From positions 5,600,001-5,664,000 of the forward strand of contig CBDCJH010000002.1 of the NCBI GenBank assembly GCA_965217775.1: a stretch of 64,000 nt of DNA, read 5' to 3'. Both the position numbers and the translations under genes were made by a program. The first letter of the stretch is position 1; every line of letters starts with the position of its first letter. Positions 1 through 9,098 of this stretch are shown here, one piece after another. The DNA is from Acidobacteriota bacterium (lineage in GTDB: Bacteria; Acidobacteriota; UBA6911; RPQK01; JAJDTT01). A model generated the notes under the pieces. The model was not told the DNA's origin. It saw only the letters and a list, made by a program, of their open reading frames with translations, and ran no database searches.

Positions 1-1058
1 CCTTCCCCCCCTTGGACCAGACCGGCCGGGTGGGCGATTCCGAAGAAGATCTGGCCATTGACGTGGACGGGAAAGCCTTCTCCTCCCTCACTCGCGGTGC
101 CGCCGGTCTGGTAGTTGCCCAGATCGACGTCGAGCACGCGGATCGGATCCGTTCCCCGGTTTGCGATGCTGACAAACTTGCGCAAAAGGGGACTGCCCTC
201 CCGCCAGGTGTAACGCACCTCGCCCTGTATGGAATCCCCCTGGCTCTGCACCTCGAGAATCAGGGAGTTGCTTTCTCCGTCGCGCTCCAGACGGTGCGAC
301 GTCACGCCAAAGTTGGCCTTGCGCATCGGCTCTCCGATGGTCACGAACTGGTCGAAGTTGGACTGATAGCCGATGGGCTGGGGAAGTTGCTGGCGGTTTC
401 GGGAATCCAGGTTCTTGAGTCGGCGCAGCCGCTCACCTCCGGCATTCATCCCCTTCAACTGGAGCACGAGCAGGTTGTCGCCGCCAAACTTCAGAAGATC
501 GTAGGCCTTTTCGCCGGATTCAAGCCGGAATACGCGAGGCTCGCGCCAGAACCCCGATTCCACCCGTGTCCCGATCTCCGTTCCATTGAGGAAGACCCGC
601 ATCCAGTCGGCGTCGTTGAGCCCGTGGCCGCCCAGCACGATGTGGACCGGCCGGCCGGCGGCGTCCGGGAGGTGGAACCGGGTCCTGCCCCAGACGTGCC
701 TGGAGCGATCCGCCAGGACAACGGGAGAGGATTCCCAGTCCGCGTCATCCACTTCGAGGGCGAAATACCGTTTTTCATAGCCCGGATCCCGTTCCGGGGG
801 AGTCGAACCGAATCCGGCAAACTTCGACGTGACCGTCCGTTTCCACGGACCGAGTTCGATTCGGGAGTCGGAAGCATCGAGGTAGACGGCCAACTCCTCC
901 CCGTGGCCCAGGGAACAATATTCTCCGGTGAGTTTGTTCGCCATGCCGATGGCCTTGAACGTCTGGAGATCCAAATCCCATCGGAAATTCTCGTTCTCTA
1001 CGGAAACACCTGTCTTGCTGGTGCACGCGGCGAACGTCAGGGCCGCCAGCAGAATCAT
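1..1058 (-). CDS. Lipoprotein, possibly glycoside-hydrolase-like; runs off the window edge
   Basis: ATG at 1058 gives MILLAALTFAAC (lipobox). The frame appears open to position 1 (..YTWREGSPLLRKFVSIANRG..FFGIAHPAG). The listed + ORF 12-1103 is its antisense shadow. Confidence 0.7.
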   Translation of the reverse strand, partial: MILLAALTFAACTSKTGVSVENENFRWDLDLQTFKAIGMANKLTGEYCSLGHGEELAVYLDASDSRIELGPWKRTVTSKFAGFGSTPPERDPGYEKRYFALEVDDADWESSPVVLADRSRHVWGRTRFHLPDAAGRPVHIVLGGHGLNDADWMRVFLNGTEIGTRVESGFWREPRVFRLESGEKAYDLLKFGGDNLLVLQLKGMNAGGERLRRLKNLDSRNRQQLPQPIGYQSNFDQFVTIGEPMRKANFGVTSHRLERDGESNSLILEVQSQGDSIQGEVRYTWREGSPLLRKFVSIANRGTDPIRVLDVDLGNYQTGGTASEGGEGFPVHVNGQIFFGIAHPAGLVQGGE

Positions 1059-1264
1059 GACTCTTATGGTCCTGAAATTATTTATATCTGTATCCTCCCC
1101 TAAGAATGTATATTCGAGCAGTTGAGCCGAGACATTAATAAAATCGCCTCTTCGTATTTACGTATTTCTATCTCAAGACGGCGGCTACATCAAGCAAAGA
1201 TCGTGATATTCCAGCAAGGGCGTGGGATCGGTGCGTTTATAGCAATGCATGCTAAGATGTTCCC

Positions 1265-3181
1265 ATGCTCCACGTTCCAACAGTGATGGCTCTGGTCGGG
1301 ATCCTGCTACTGGCGCAGGCTGTCGGCGGCCGGGCCGGAGCTCAAGTCGAGCCGGAGCAGGCGCTACGGCGGGCGCTGGAACTCCAGCAGGCCGACGATG
1401 TGGACGGCGCCATCGAGCAGTACCGGGCCTTGCTGGCCCGATACCCGGACCATGCGGAGGCTCGCGTCAAGCTGGGCAACGCCTACTCTACGATCGGCCG
1501 CCATCAGGATGCCGTCACCCAATACGAGCAGGCTCTCGACCAAGGCGGCCTCAGGGATCCGACCGGTGTCAATTACGCCCTGGGGTGGGTCTATTTTCGA
1601 ATGGCCGAGTACGAAAGGGCCAAGCCGATCCTGGTCCGGGTCGTCGCCTCCGGCTCCAAGGGCAGGGAAGCCGTTCAACTGCTGGCATCCTGTTATTTCA
1701 ACTTGGGCGAATGGCGGAAGGTGATCGGCCTTCTGTCTCCGCATGAAGCGGAACTGTCCGAGTCGCCCGCTCTGACCTATCTGTTGGGCGTCGCGCTGGA
1801 AGAAGACGGTCAGATCGAGAGGGGAACGCCACTCGTAGAGACCGCCCTGAAAGAAACCGACTGGCCGACGGCACGGTTTCGGTCTGAGATGCGCTCGGAT
1901 TGGCTCAATCGACTGGCTCGTCGAGGAAGAAGCCTGATGGAGAGCGGGGACTACCCTGGGGCCGCCAGGCATTTGGAAAGAGCCCTCTCGCTCGATCCGA
2001 GGGTCCCCTCGTTGAACGTCACTTACGGGAAGTTGCTCCGGCTCATGAACCGGCACGCCGTTGCGGACCTGGCCTTCCTGCAAGAGCTTGAAATCAATCC
2101 CGACGATTACGATGCCAATTTGTTTCACGGCATCTATCTCTTCGAGAACGAACAGAAATATGAGGAGGCCCTGGCCTGCTTCGAACGGGCGTTGCGCACG
2201 CGGCCCGGCGCTGCCGATGCACGGTTTCAGATGGGACTCGTGTACAATTCCGCCAACCGGATTGAAGAGGCCATTCAAACCGTGAAGGGTGTGGTGGAGG
2301 AGAATTCCAATTTCCTGGAAGGCCATGTCACTCTCGCCGGCCTTTACTTTCGGTTGGGAAAAGAGGAGGAAGCCGAAAGCCACCGGGTCGCGGCCGAGCG
2401 GCTTCGAACCAGCAGGGACGGGCAGCACTTGATCAAGCTGGGGCAACTCTCGCAGGCCTCGGAGCTGTTCCAGCGCCAGAAGGAGGCGGACCCGTCGGAC
2501 CCCGAACCTTACTTCCATGAGGGCGTGGCCCTCTGGCAAGCGCAGGATTGGCAGGGTGCCGCCTCCGAATTCAAAGAGGCGGTGCGATTGGGCGACGGCG
2601 ATCTCAAATACACTCTCTACTATTCGAATGCGCTGGCCCAGTCGGGTCGGCATGAATTGGCGCGGACCATCGTGGAGTCCCTGCATCGGGATTGTTGGCG
2701 CCAACTGGACTCCCGTCAGGCCTGGATTCTGGGAGACACTTATTTTCAGATCGGAGAGCATGACCAGGTTCTGAAGGTCTTGGATTTCCTGGCTGGGAAG
2801 GACCCGAAGAATGCGCGGGTCGATCTGATGCGAGGCCAGATCCTTCTCCGTAAGGGAAACTACGAACGGGCACGGGCGTCCGCTGAAGGGAGCATCAGGA
2901 AACAGCCGGACAATGGCCTCGCCCACGCTCTGTTGGGAACAGCCCGGTATCTGCTCGGGGACCTGCCTGGGGCCAAGGAAGCCTTTCTCAAGGCCGTGGA
3001 ACAGGATCCCGGCAATCCGAATCATCTGCGCAAGCTGGGTGCGCTCTACCTGGAGTTGGGAGAGTATGAGCCGGCCATCGCGACTCTTGAGGGGGCCAGA
3101 CCAGCCGCTGCCAACATTCCCAGTATCCGCCGTCTTCTCGAAAGGGCGTACCAGGCAAGGGGAACCGGTTCCAAGGAATAA
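1265..3181 (+). CDS. Exported TPR-repeat protein
   Basis: Signal peptide ending in AGA-Q, followed by many TPR motifs (A..LG..Y...G.Y..A...Y..AL...P). Confidence 0.9.
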   Translation: MLHVPTVMALVGILLLAQAVGGRAGAQVEPEQALRRALELQQADDVDGAIEQYRALLARYPDHAEARVKLGNAYSTIGRHQDAVTQYEQALDQGGLRDPTGVNYALGWVYFRMAEYERAKPILVRVVASGSKGREAVQLLASCYFNLGEWRKVIGLLSPHEAELSESPALTYLLGVALEEDGQIERGTPLVETALKETDWPTARFRSEMRSDWLNRLARRGRSLMESGDYPGAARHLERALSLDPRVPSLNVTYGKLLRLMNRHAVADLAFLQELEINPDDYDANLFHGIYLFENEQKYEEALACFERALRTRPGAADARFQMGLVYNSANRIEEAIQTVKGVVEENSNFLEGHVTLAGLYFRLGKEEEAESHRVAAERLRTSRDGQHLIKLGQLSQASELFQRQKEADPSDPEPYFHEGVALWQAQDWQGAASEFKEAVRLGDGDLKYTLYYSNALAQSGRHELARTIVESLHRDCWRQLDSRQAWILGDTYFQIGEHDQVLKVLDFLAGKDPKNARVDLMRGQILLRKGNYERARASAEGSIRKQPDNGLAHALLGTARYLLGDLPGAKEAFLKAVEQDPGNPNHLRKLGALYLELGEYEPAIATLEGARPAAANIPSIRRLLERAYQARGTGSKE

Positions 3182-3202
3182 GACCCCCGCCACCCGGGGA
3201 AG

Positions 3203-4921
3203 CTAATCTCGTTCCTCGACCCTGAGAATCTGGTCGGGGGCGACCTCTCTAAGTACCTGCAGCTTGCCCGAAGCCCAGCGGACCTCCAGCGACTCGATGT
3301 CCTCTTCCTTCCCCAGGCCGAAGTGAACCCGTCGGTCCGGTGAGGACATGAGACCCACCGTGGAGGAAACATGGTTCAGGAGGGTCCTGCCCGAGGCCGT
3401 CCGCAGTAAGACGGTGGCTCCGATCGCATCCCGATTGCTGGCCCGGCCGCGAAGGTCGACCATCAGCCAGTGGTTCCCGTTGTCTCCCGAATTTTGCAGA
3501 ATCCTCGGATTCTGGTTCAGAGAAGTGACGACGATATCCAGGAATCCGTCATCATTCAGATCTCCGAAAGAGGAACCGCGCTGGTAGGCAATACGCAGAA
3601 AATCCTGTCCCAGACTCTTCGAAACGTCGGCAAAGGTCGTTCCGTCCAGGTTTCGCAGCATGGTGTCATGCTGGGCGGTATCGGGGCTCAGATATTCCAG
3701 GCCCCCGTTGGCCGAATAGATGTCTTTCCAGCCGTCGTTGTCAAAATCGATGAATCCGCTGCCCCACCCCGTGAACTTGCGGCTCAGTTTGGCCACCTGA
3801 GTCCGGTAACTGACATATTCGAAGTACCGCCCTCCCTGGTTCTGAAAGAGCCCGTGGAGCTGATTTTTGAGGTCGTTGTAGAAAATGTCGACCTGTCCGT
3901 CATTGTTGAAGTCCTTGGCGTCGGCACCCATGCCCGAGCCGGCCACCGCAGAGCCCTTGTAGGCGACGCCTAGGAAAAACGATGCTTCCCGAAAGCTGCC
4001 GTTCCCCTGATTCAGATAGAGAAAATTCTGCACCGTGTCGTTGGCGACGAATACGTCCGGGCGGCCGTCCCGATTGAAATCGGCAATTCCCAGTCCCATG
4101 CCTTTGCCCAGCGCATTGGTGAGGCCCGCTTTCTGAGAGACATCGGCGAATCTGCCGCCGCCCAGGTTCCGGTAGAGCGTGTTGGAAACGCTGCGGACGG
4201 TTTTGGGACTGCAGTAGAACGGAGTTCCGTCGGGAAACGCACAAGGCTTGTCGGTCTTGGCATTCCAGTAGGTGTATTGGGAGACGAACAGGTCCAGCAG
4301 GGAATCCTGGTCGTAGTCGAACCAGGCGGCATCTACGCTCAGCAGATCGTCCGGTTTGTTGTCGAGGCCCGATCCGGCCGTCACCTCGGTGAAGGTGCCG
4401 TCTCCGTTGTTCCGATAAAGGGCGTTGGGTCCGGCATTGCCGATGAACAGGTCACGGTCGCCGTCGTTGTCGTAATCGCCGACGGTCACCCCGAAACAGT
4501 AGCCCAGACCGACTCCGGTCAGGCCGGCCTTCTGCGTGACGTTCTCGAATCTGCCGTTTCCCATGTTGCGCAAGAGGCAATTGTGAAACGAACGGTCCGT
4601 CTTCTCGACTTCCGGCAGCTTGGCGCCGTTGGTCAGAAAGATGTCCTGCCTGCCGTCGCCGTCGTAGTCGAAGATAGCCACGCCGCCGCACATGGGCTGG
4701 GGAAAGTACTTGCGGCCGGTGAAACTGTTATTGGACTGGTAGCGGATATTCGATCCGGGTGCGATGTCGGTGAACCGAATGGACCCTGCGTCGTTCCCGC
4801 GCGCGTTATTTTCGGATTGGGCACCAAGGACTCCCGTGACTGGGGTCGCCAAGACTGGAATGAGTACGTAACTCCACACCAGGGCCCATCCTGCGGGATG
4901 CATGTGCGTATGGTACGACAA
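3203..4921 (-). CDS. CRTAC1-family protein (FG-GAP/VCBS repeats + ASPIC/UnbV)
   Basis: Repeated DYDNDGDxD motifs and C-terminal NRDAIGA..RVHFGLG..VRWASG. Confidence 0.92.
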   Translation of the reverse strand: MSYHTHMHPAGWALVWSYVLIPVLATPVTGVLGAQSENNARGNDAGSIRFTDIAPGSNIRYQSNNSFTGRKYFPQPMCGGVAIFDYDGDGRQDIFLTNGAKLPEVEKTDRSFHNCLLRNMGNGRFENVTQKAGLTGVGLGYCFGVTVGDYDNDGDRDLFIGNAGPNALYRNNGDGTFTEVTAGSGLDNKPDDLLSVDAAWFDYDQDSLLDLFVSQYTYWNAKTDKPCAFPDGTPFYCSPKTVRSVSNTLYRNLGGGRFADVSQKAGLTNALGKGMGLGIADFNRDGRPDVFVANDTVQNFLYLNQGNGSFREASFFLGVAYKGSAVAGSGMGADAKDFNNDGQVDIFYNDLKNQLHGLFQNQGGRYFEYVSYRTQVAKLSRKFTGWGSGFIDFDNDGWKDIYSANGGLEYLSPDTAQHDTMLRNLDGTTFADVSKSLGQDFLRIAYQRGSSFGDLNDDGFLDIVVTSLNQNPRILQNSGDNGNHWLMVDLRGRASNRDAIGATVLLRTASGRTLLNHVSSTVGLMSSPDRRVHFGLGKEEDIESLEVRWASGKLQVLREVAPDQILRVEERD

Positions 4922-4957
4922 TCATTGGGGTTGGCGGGGACACGGGATATCGGAGCG

Positions 4958-6574
4958 TTACGGCCGCTGCTGCCAGATCTGAACCAGCTCCCACTCCACC
5001 CCTTCCCGGGCCAGGCCGAAGTTTCCCAGGATGATATCGGTGTGGCCGTCCCCGTTGATGTCACCCAGTTCCAAGGTTATGTAGTCGCACGGAATTCCGG
5101 TCAAAGACCGGGGTTGGAAGGATCCGGGTTGGGTCTGTTCGTACCAGACCACTCCCGAAAGATTGGTCTGACGGCGCAGCTCCTCGGTCAGATTGGGAAG
5201 GTACGAGGACGCAACCAAGTCGAGATCGCCATCCCCGTCGAGGTCCCCCGCTTCGGCCCGGAGGGCGCCGTAGTAGACGTCCACCCGGTGGTGGACAAAG
5301 GAAAGCTGGCCCCTGTTCTCCAGCCAAGACAGCCCGTGATAGGGCCTCATCTGTGCGCTGTCGTCCAGGGTATCTCCGTGGGTGAAGATCACGTCCAGGT
5401 CCCCGTCTTGATCCAGATCGATGACCTCGATTCCGCTTGAACCCCAGTGAGGGTGAGGAGCCTTGAACAGGTTCTTCTTTTCAAACACTCCAGATCCCCG
5501 ATTGAGGAAAGCAACGACCGCTTCATGTTCCTGGGACAGCAGGGCGATGAAGTCGGGCCGGCTGTCCCGATCGATGTCCACGATGGGAATGTGGATCGCG
5601 CCGGCACGAGCGTCCAATTCCACGGGTCTGAAATCGTCGGCTCCGAGTTTCGAGGCGTTCTCCGGATGGGACTCGTTCTCCAGGTAGTGGATGCCGCCCA
5701 CTGTCCTCCAGCCGAACTCGGCGACGATGACATCCAGGTCCCGGTCGCCGTCAAAGTCCGCCGCCCGGACATCGGCGACCCTTCCGACCCCGGTGAGCAG
5801 CCGGTGAACCTCGAACTCGCGCCTCCCGGTGCGCCGGAGCCAGGACACGGATCCGGTTCGTTGGTCGGTCGGCTTGGGCCATCCGAGTTCGGCAACCAGC
5901 AAGTCGATCCTGCCGTCCCGGTCCAAATCAACGGCCTCGGCATGGCATGGATTGTTGAGTTGAGCAATGGGCTGGAGGTCCATTTGACCGTCGTCGGGAT
6001 CCGTCCAGCTCACCCATCCGGAGATCATGTCGCTGACCACCAGTTCGGGGCCCTTCCGGTCTGAAAACAGCTCCAGAAGGCGGACATTCGCTGCCCCGGG
6101 CTGGAGCCCGCGAACCGTCTTGCCCGGCAGGAGCCGGCGACTGAACTGAAGCTCCGGACCCCCGCGCTTCGCCGTCCAAGGCGGCGTCTCCAATTGGGCA
6201 GGCGCCTTCGACCGGAAGTAGGAAGCCACCTGTAAGGCGTCGATATCCCAGATCGGCTTGTTGTGGGATTGGAGGAGGGAGAGATTGGCCAGTCTGAATT
6301 TCCTCTGAATCAGGCCGGGCCATTCCTGCTTGGGGAGGATCTCCGGAGGAGTCCATTCGTGGCACTGGGTACAGGCCTTCCGGATCTTTGTTTCCAAGGC
6401 CTCCTCTTCCGTCAGCTGGAGGCTGGAGTGTGAGGAAAGTGAGGGGAGTCCGGGTGAGCGCCCGCCGGCGACGGATCGGCCGGGCAAAAACAAGAGGACA
6501 ATCAGACACAGAACCGGGAGGCAGCCAACGGACTGACCTCGTGTCTTCAGGTTCGAAATAGTAGCTGCTGACAT
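4958..6574 (-). CDS. FG-GAP/VCBS repeat protein with N-terminal c-type heme motif
   Basis: Signal peptide, CTQCH, then DLDRDGRID/DFDGDRDLD/DLDGDGDLD repeats; no ASPIC tail. Confidence 0.85.
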   Translation of the reverse strand: MSAATISNLKTRGQSVGCLPVLCLIVLLFLPGRSVAGGRSPGLPSLSSHSSLQLTEEEALETKIRKACTQCHEWTPPEILPKQEWPGLIQRKFRLANLSLLQSHNKPIWDIDALQVASYFRSKAPAQLETPPWTAKRGGPELQFSRRLLPGKTVRGLQPGAANVRLLELFSDRKGPELVVSDMISGWVSWTDPDDGQMDLQPIAQLNNPCHAEAVDLDRDGRIDLLVAELGWPKPTDQRTGSVSWLRRTGRREFEVHRLLTGVGRVADVRAADFDGDRDLDVIVAEFGWRTVGGIHYLENESHPENASKLGADDFRPVELDARAGAIHIPIVDIDRDSRPDFIALLSQEHEAVVAFLNRGSGVFEKKNLFKAPHPHWGSSGIEVIDLDQDGDLDVIFTHGDTLDDSAQMRPYHGLSWLENRGQLSFVHHRVDVYYGALRAEAGDLDGDGDLDLVASSYLPNLTEELRRQTNLSGVVWYEQTQPGSFQPRSLTGIPCDYITLELGDINGDGHTDIILGNFGLAREGVEWELVQIWQQRP

Positions 6575-6649
6575 CAGCCTGACTTCCACCGGGGCATCGT
6601 CTACACCATCGAACTTCGGTGCAGTGGCCGTTTTTCTTCCTGACCCGAA

Positions 6650-8839
6650 TCACCCGATGGTCAACACCCCTGCTCCGTAGGCCGGCAAGCGGACGCTGAG
6701 CGATACGGTGTCGCCGCGGCGGGCCAGTGACACCGGCTTGGGATCCTCGCCTTCCACGAAGAGCGACCCGGTGGTTCCGACCGATCTGCCGAGGGTCTCG
6801 GGAGAGAGCGAGACCTTCACCGTGCTCGGCCGGGGCCGGCCATTGGCCAGAGTCGCCGCAACACCGCCGGGCGACGTATAGACGTAGCCCTTGCCCCCCT
6901 CCACTTGCAGGCCGCGGTCGTCGCGAAACTGTCCATGACTCACAAAGGGCGCAGTGGCCTTGCGCAATCGCGCCAGACGGGCGACCTGCGCGGCGAGGTC
7001 CGGGTCGTCCGAGAGCAGCCCCGTCATGTCTTGAGTGGCGATGGCCATGTAGCTGCCCAGGCCAAAGGCGTCGGCGATGACGTCACGCTGGTTCTCGTCA
7101 ATGCACCAGCAGGGGACCATCGAGGGCAGGACGTACCGAAAGACATGCAGCAGGTCTTCCTCAGGCTTGCGCCAGCCCCAGATCCACCACAGGTCGATAT
7201 GCTGAGTGTTGTAGAGATCCGGAAGCTCGGCGAGGGTGTAGCTGCCGGGGTGTCGTTCCCGGGTCGTGCGAGTGAGTTCGGCATACCATTTGTAGGTGCG
7301 GTCCCACGCCTCCCACGGCGAGGCATGGCCGTGGTCGCGCGAAAGGCAGTAGTTCCACTCCGACGCCTGGTCGATGGAAATCATGTCGAAGCCGAGATCG
7401 AGGGTGCGCTCGAGGACCCGGCGCGCGAACGGAAGGAATCCATCCGCGCCGCAGCAGACGGCATGCGACCCCATTTCGTAGCCGGGATCGTTGTACCAGC
7501 CGCCGTCCAATGTTCCGCACGGAAAACCGAATATGGGGATGCCGAACAGACTCTGCTGGACCAGCGGCTTCAGCTCCTCCCAGGAGCTGTTGTATTCCAC
7601 CGCCAGGCGATAGTTCGTATAGGAGGTGAGGGAACAGCCGAGACGCCGCAACTCCTTCACGGCACGCCGCAGCGCGGCTTCCCGGTCAGCCGACATCTCC
7701 CAGAAGCTGCCGCGGTCCGGCCGGTAATACACCGACGCGGTGTGATCCCAGATCATGAGGTCGCTCACGCCGTACTTCATCGAATCTTTGGCGATGGCGG
7801 GAAGCTCGGAGAAATCGTGGTAACGCTCGCCCGAGGGCCCGTGGGTATGAATGTGGAACAGCCCGATCTTTTCCCGCAGCGCGGGGGGCGTGTCGCAGGG
7901 TTTCCACCATCCCGACAACCAGTCCCGGAGGCGGTCGGCCGTGGCATGCCAGTCGCCCTGGTGGACCCCCACCCCAAACTCGCAACTGGTCCAGGTCTCC
8001 CCCGGCTCGACAAACACGCCTGTGGCCCAGGTCCAGGTCAGGGAGATCTCCCGGGTGACGTAAAGAGCGTTCTCGAATACGAGGATGTGCGGCGAGGGGC
8101 GCTGCTCGTACTTGATGAAGGAGAGGCCGCCGCCGTCGTAGCTCAAATCCATCATCGGCAACTGATGGATCGGAACTTCGCCCAGCCGCAGGTGATGGTG
8201 TCCGAACGAATGGGTGCTGGTCCCCATCTCGGCGATTGTGGCGTAGATGTCGGGGTACAGTTTCTTGCTGGTGGTGATCAGATCGCGGGACTGACCAGGC
8301 TTGGCCAGGCGTCCGCCGATCCAGGGGAACCACATTTCGTGGACGCGAAAGGGACTCTCGTTGCGGATCTCGGCCGTGAAGAGGGCCTCCGAACTGCCTT
8401 CGGGCAGGCGCACCCGTACGGTCAGGAACACGCCGTACTTCCGGCCGCGAAACTGTAGCTCCGGAAAGTCGATCTCGAGCTGATCGCCGTTTCGGTTCAG
8501 GGACGGCCTTCCCGCCTGGTGCGACCTCAACGGCACCGAGTTGTGTTCGGGCGTCGGCACTACCAGCTTCGCCAGCCGGTGTCCGCGCGGGTCGTTCAGA
8601 TATTGCCGGCCCGTCTTGCGGTCGGTGATCTGGAGCAGGCTCCCAGTCCCCTCGTCGAACTCGAAACTCACCAGTCCGTTGTCCAGTAGCGTGACGGGCG
8701 GATTCACCTGCACGCCGGCGCCGCGCTCCGGCGTCCTCGGTCCCGGCGCAACTCCTGCAGCGGCACGACCCTCCACCAACCCGTAGGCTCCGGTCCCACC
8801 GGCGATCTTCATCAGTTCTCTGCGGTTGATCCTGGACAT
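6650..8839 (-). CDS. Tat-exported putative glycoside hydrolase (DUF6259-like)
   Basis: NRRELMK twin-arginine signal, beta-sandwich N-terminus, HQGDWH motif, and TIM-barrel-like region with FDMISIDQ..C...HGH. Confidence 0.7.
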   Translation of the reverse strand: MSRINRRELMKIAGGTGAYGLVEGRAAAGVAPGPRTPERGAGVQVNPPVTLLDNGLVSFEFDEGTGSLLQITDRKTGRQYLNDPRGHRLAKLVVPTPEHNSVPLRSHQAGRPSLNRNGDQLEIDFPELQFRGRKYGVFLTVRVRLPEGSSEALFTAEIRNESPFRVHEMWFPWIGGRLAKPGQSRDLITTSKKLYPDIYATIAEMGTSTHSFGHHHLRLGEVPIHQLPMMDLSYDGGGLSFIKYEQRPSPHILVFENALYVTREISLTWTWATGVFVEPGETWTSCEFGVGVHQGDWHATADRLRDWLSGWWKPCDTPPALREKIGLFHIHTHGPSGERYHDFSELPAIAKDSMKYGVSDLMIWDHTASVYYRPDRGSFWEMSADREAALRRAVKELRRLGCSLTSYTNYRLAVEYNSSWEELKPLVQQSLFGIPIFGFPCGTLDGGWYNDPGYEMGSHAVCCGADGFLPFARRVLERTLDLGFDMISIDQASEWNYCLSRDHGHASPWEAWDRTYKWYAELTRTTRERHPGSYTLAELPDLYNTQHIDLWWIWGWRKPEEDLLHVFRYVLPSMVPCWCIDENQRDVIADAFGLGSYMAIATQDMTGLLSDDPDLAAQVARLARLRKATAPFVSHGQFRDDRGLQVEGGKGYVYTSPGGVAATLANGRPRPSTVKVSLSPETLGRSVGTTGSLFVEGEDPKPVSLARRGDTVSLSVRLPAYGAGVLTIG

Positions 8840-8901
8840 GCGGCACCCCCCTTTATGACATAGATTATCCTCGGTTATTCTGACGAATGAAAGAGCAGAT
8901 T

Positions 8902-8917
8902 ATTAATTTAAATTAAT
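8902..8917. promoter_or_regulatory. Perfect 16-bp palindrome, candidate operator
   Basis: ATTAATTTAAATTAAT in an AT-rich divergent intergenic region. Confidence 0.45.
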
Positions 8918-9062
8918 CGGGAAGGAGCGCGTATCGGTTGTAATGATTTTGTCGAATCCGAATTAAAGGGGATTGCAACCAACATATTTTCGGTTTCGTT
9001 GGAAGCCGTTCCAATATGCATCTATTAAATATGCATATGTAACTATATATCGTCGTAACGTA

Positions 9063-9091
9063 TTGACGTTATGTCGATGATGTATCATAAT
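9063..9091 (+). promoter_or_regulatory. Sigma70-type promoter, probably producing a leaderless mRNA
   Basis: TTGACG (9063-9068), 17-nt spacer, CATAAT (9086-9091); ATG 9099 follows after 7 nt; no Shine-Dalgarno. Confidence 0.7.
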
Positions 9092-9098
9092 TCCCACT

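Noticed and set aside
6575-6652. The TGA of 6650-8839 is also in frame, with no further stop, with the downstream heme-VCBS gene (second readthrough candidate)
   Set aside because: The upstream protein has a natural-looking C-terminus, the downstream gene has its own signal peptide, and no SECIS-like hairpin was seen at the right spacing.
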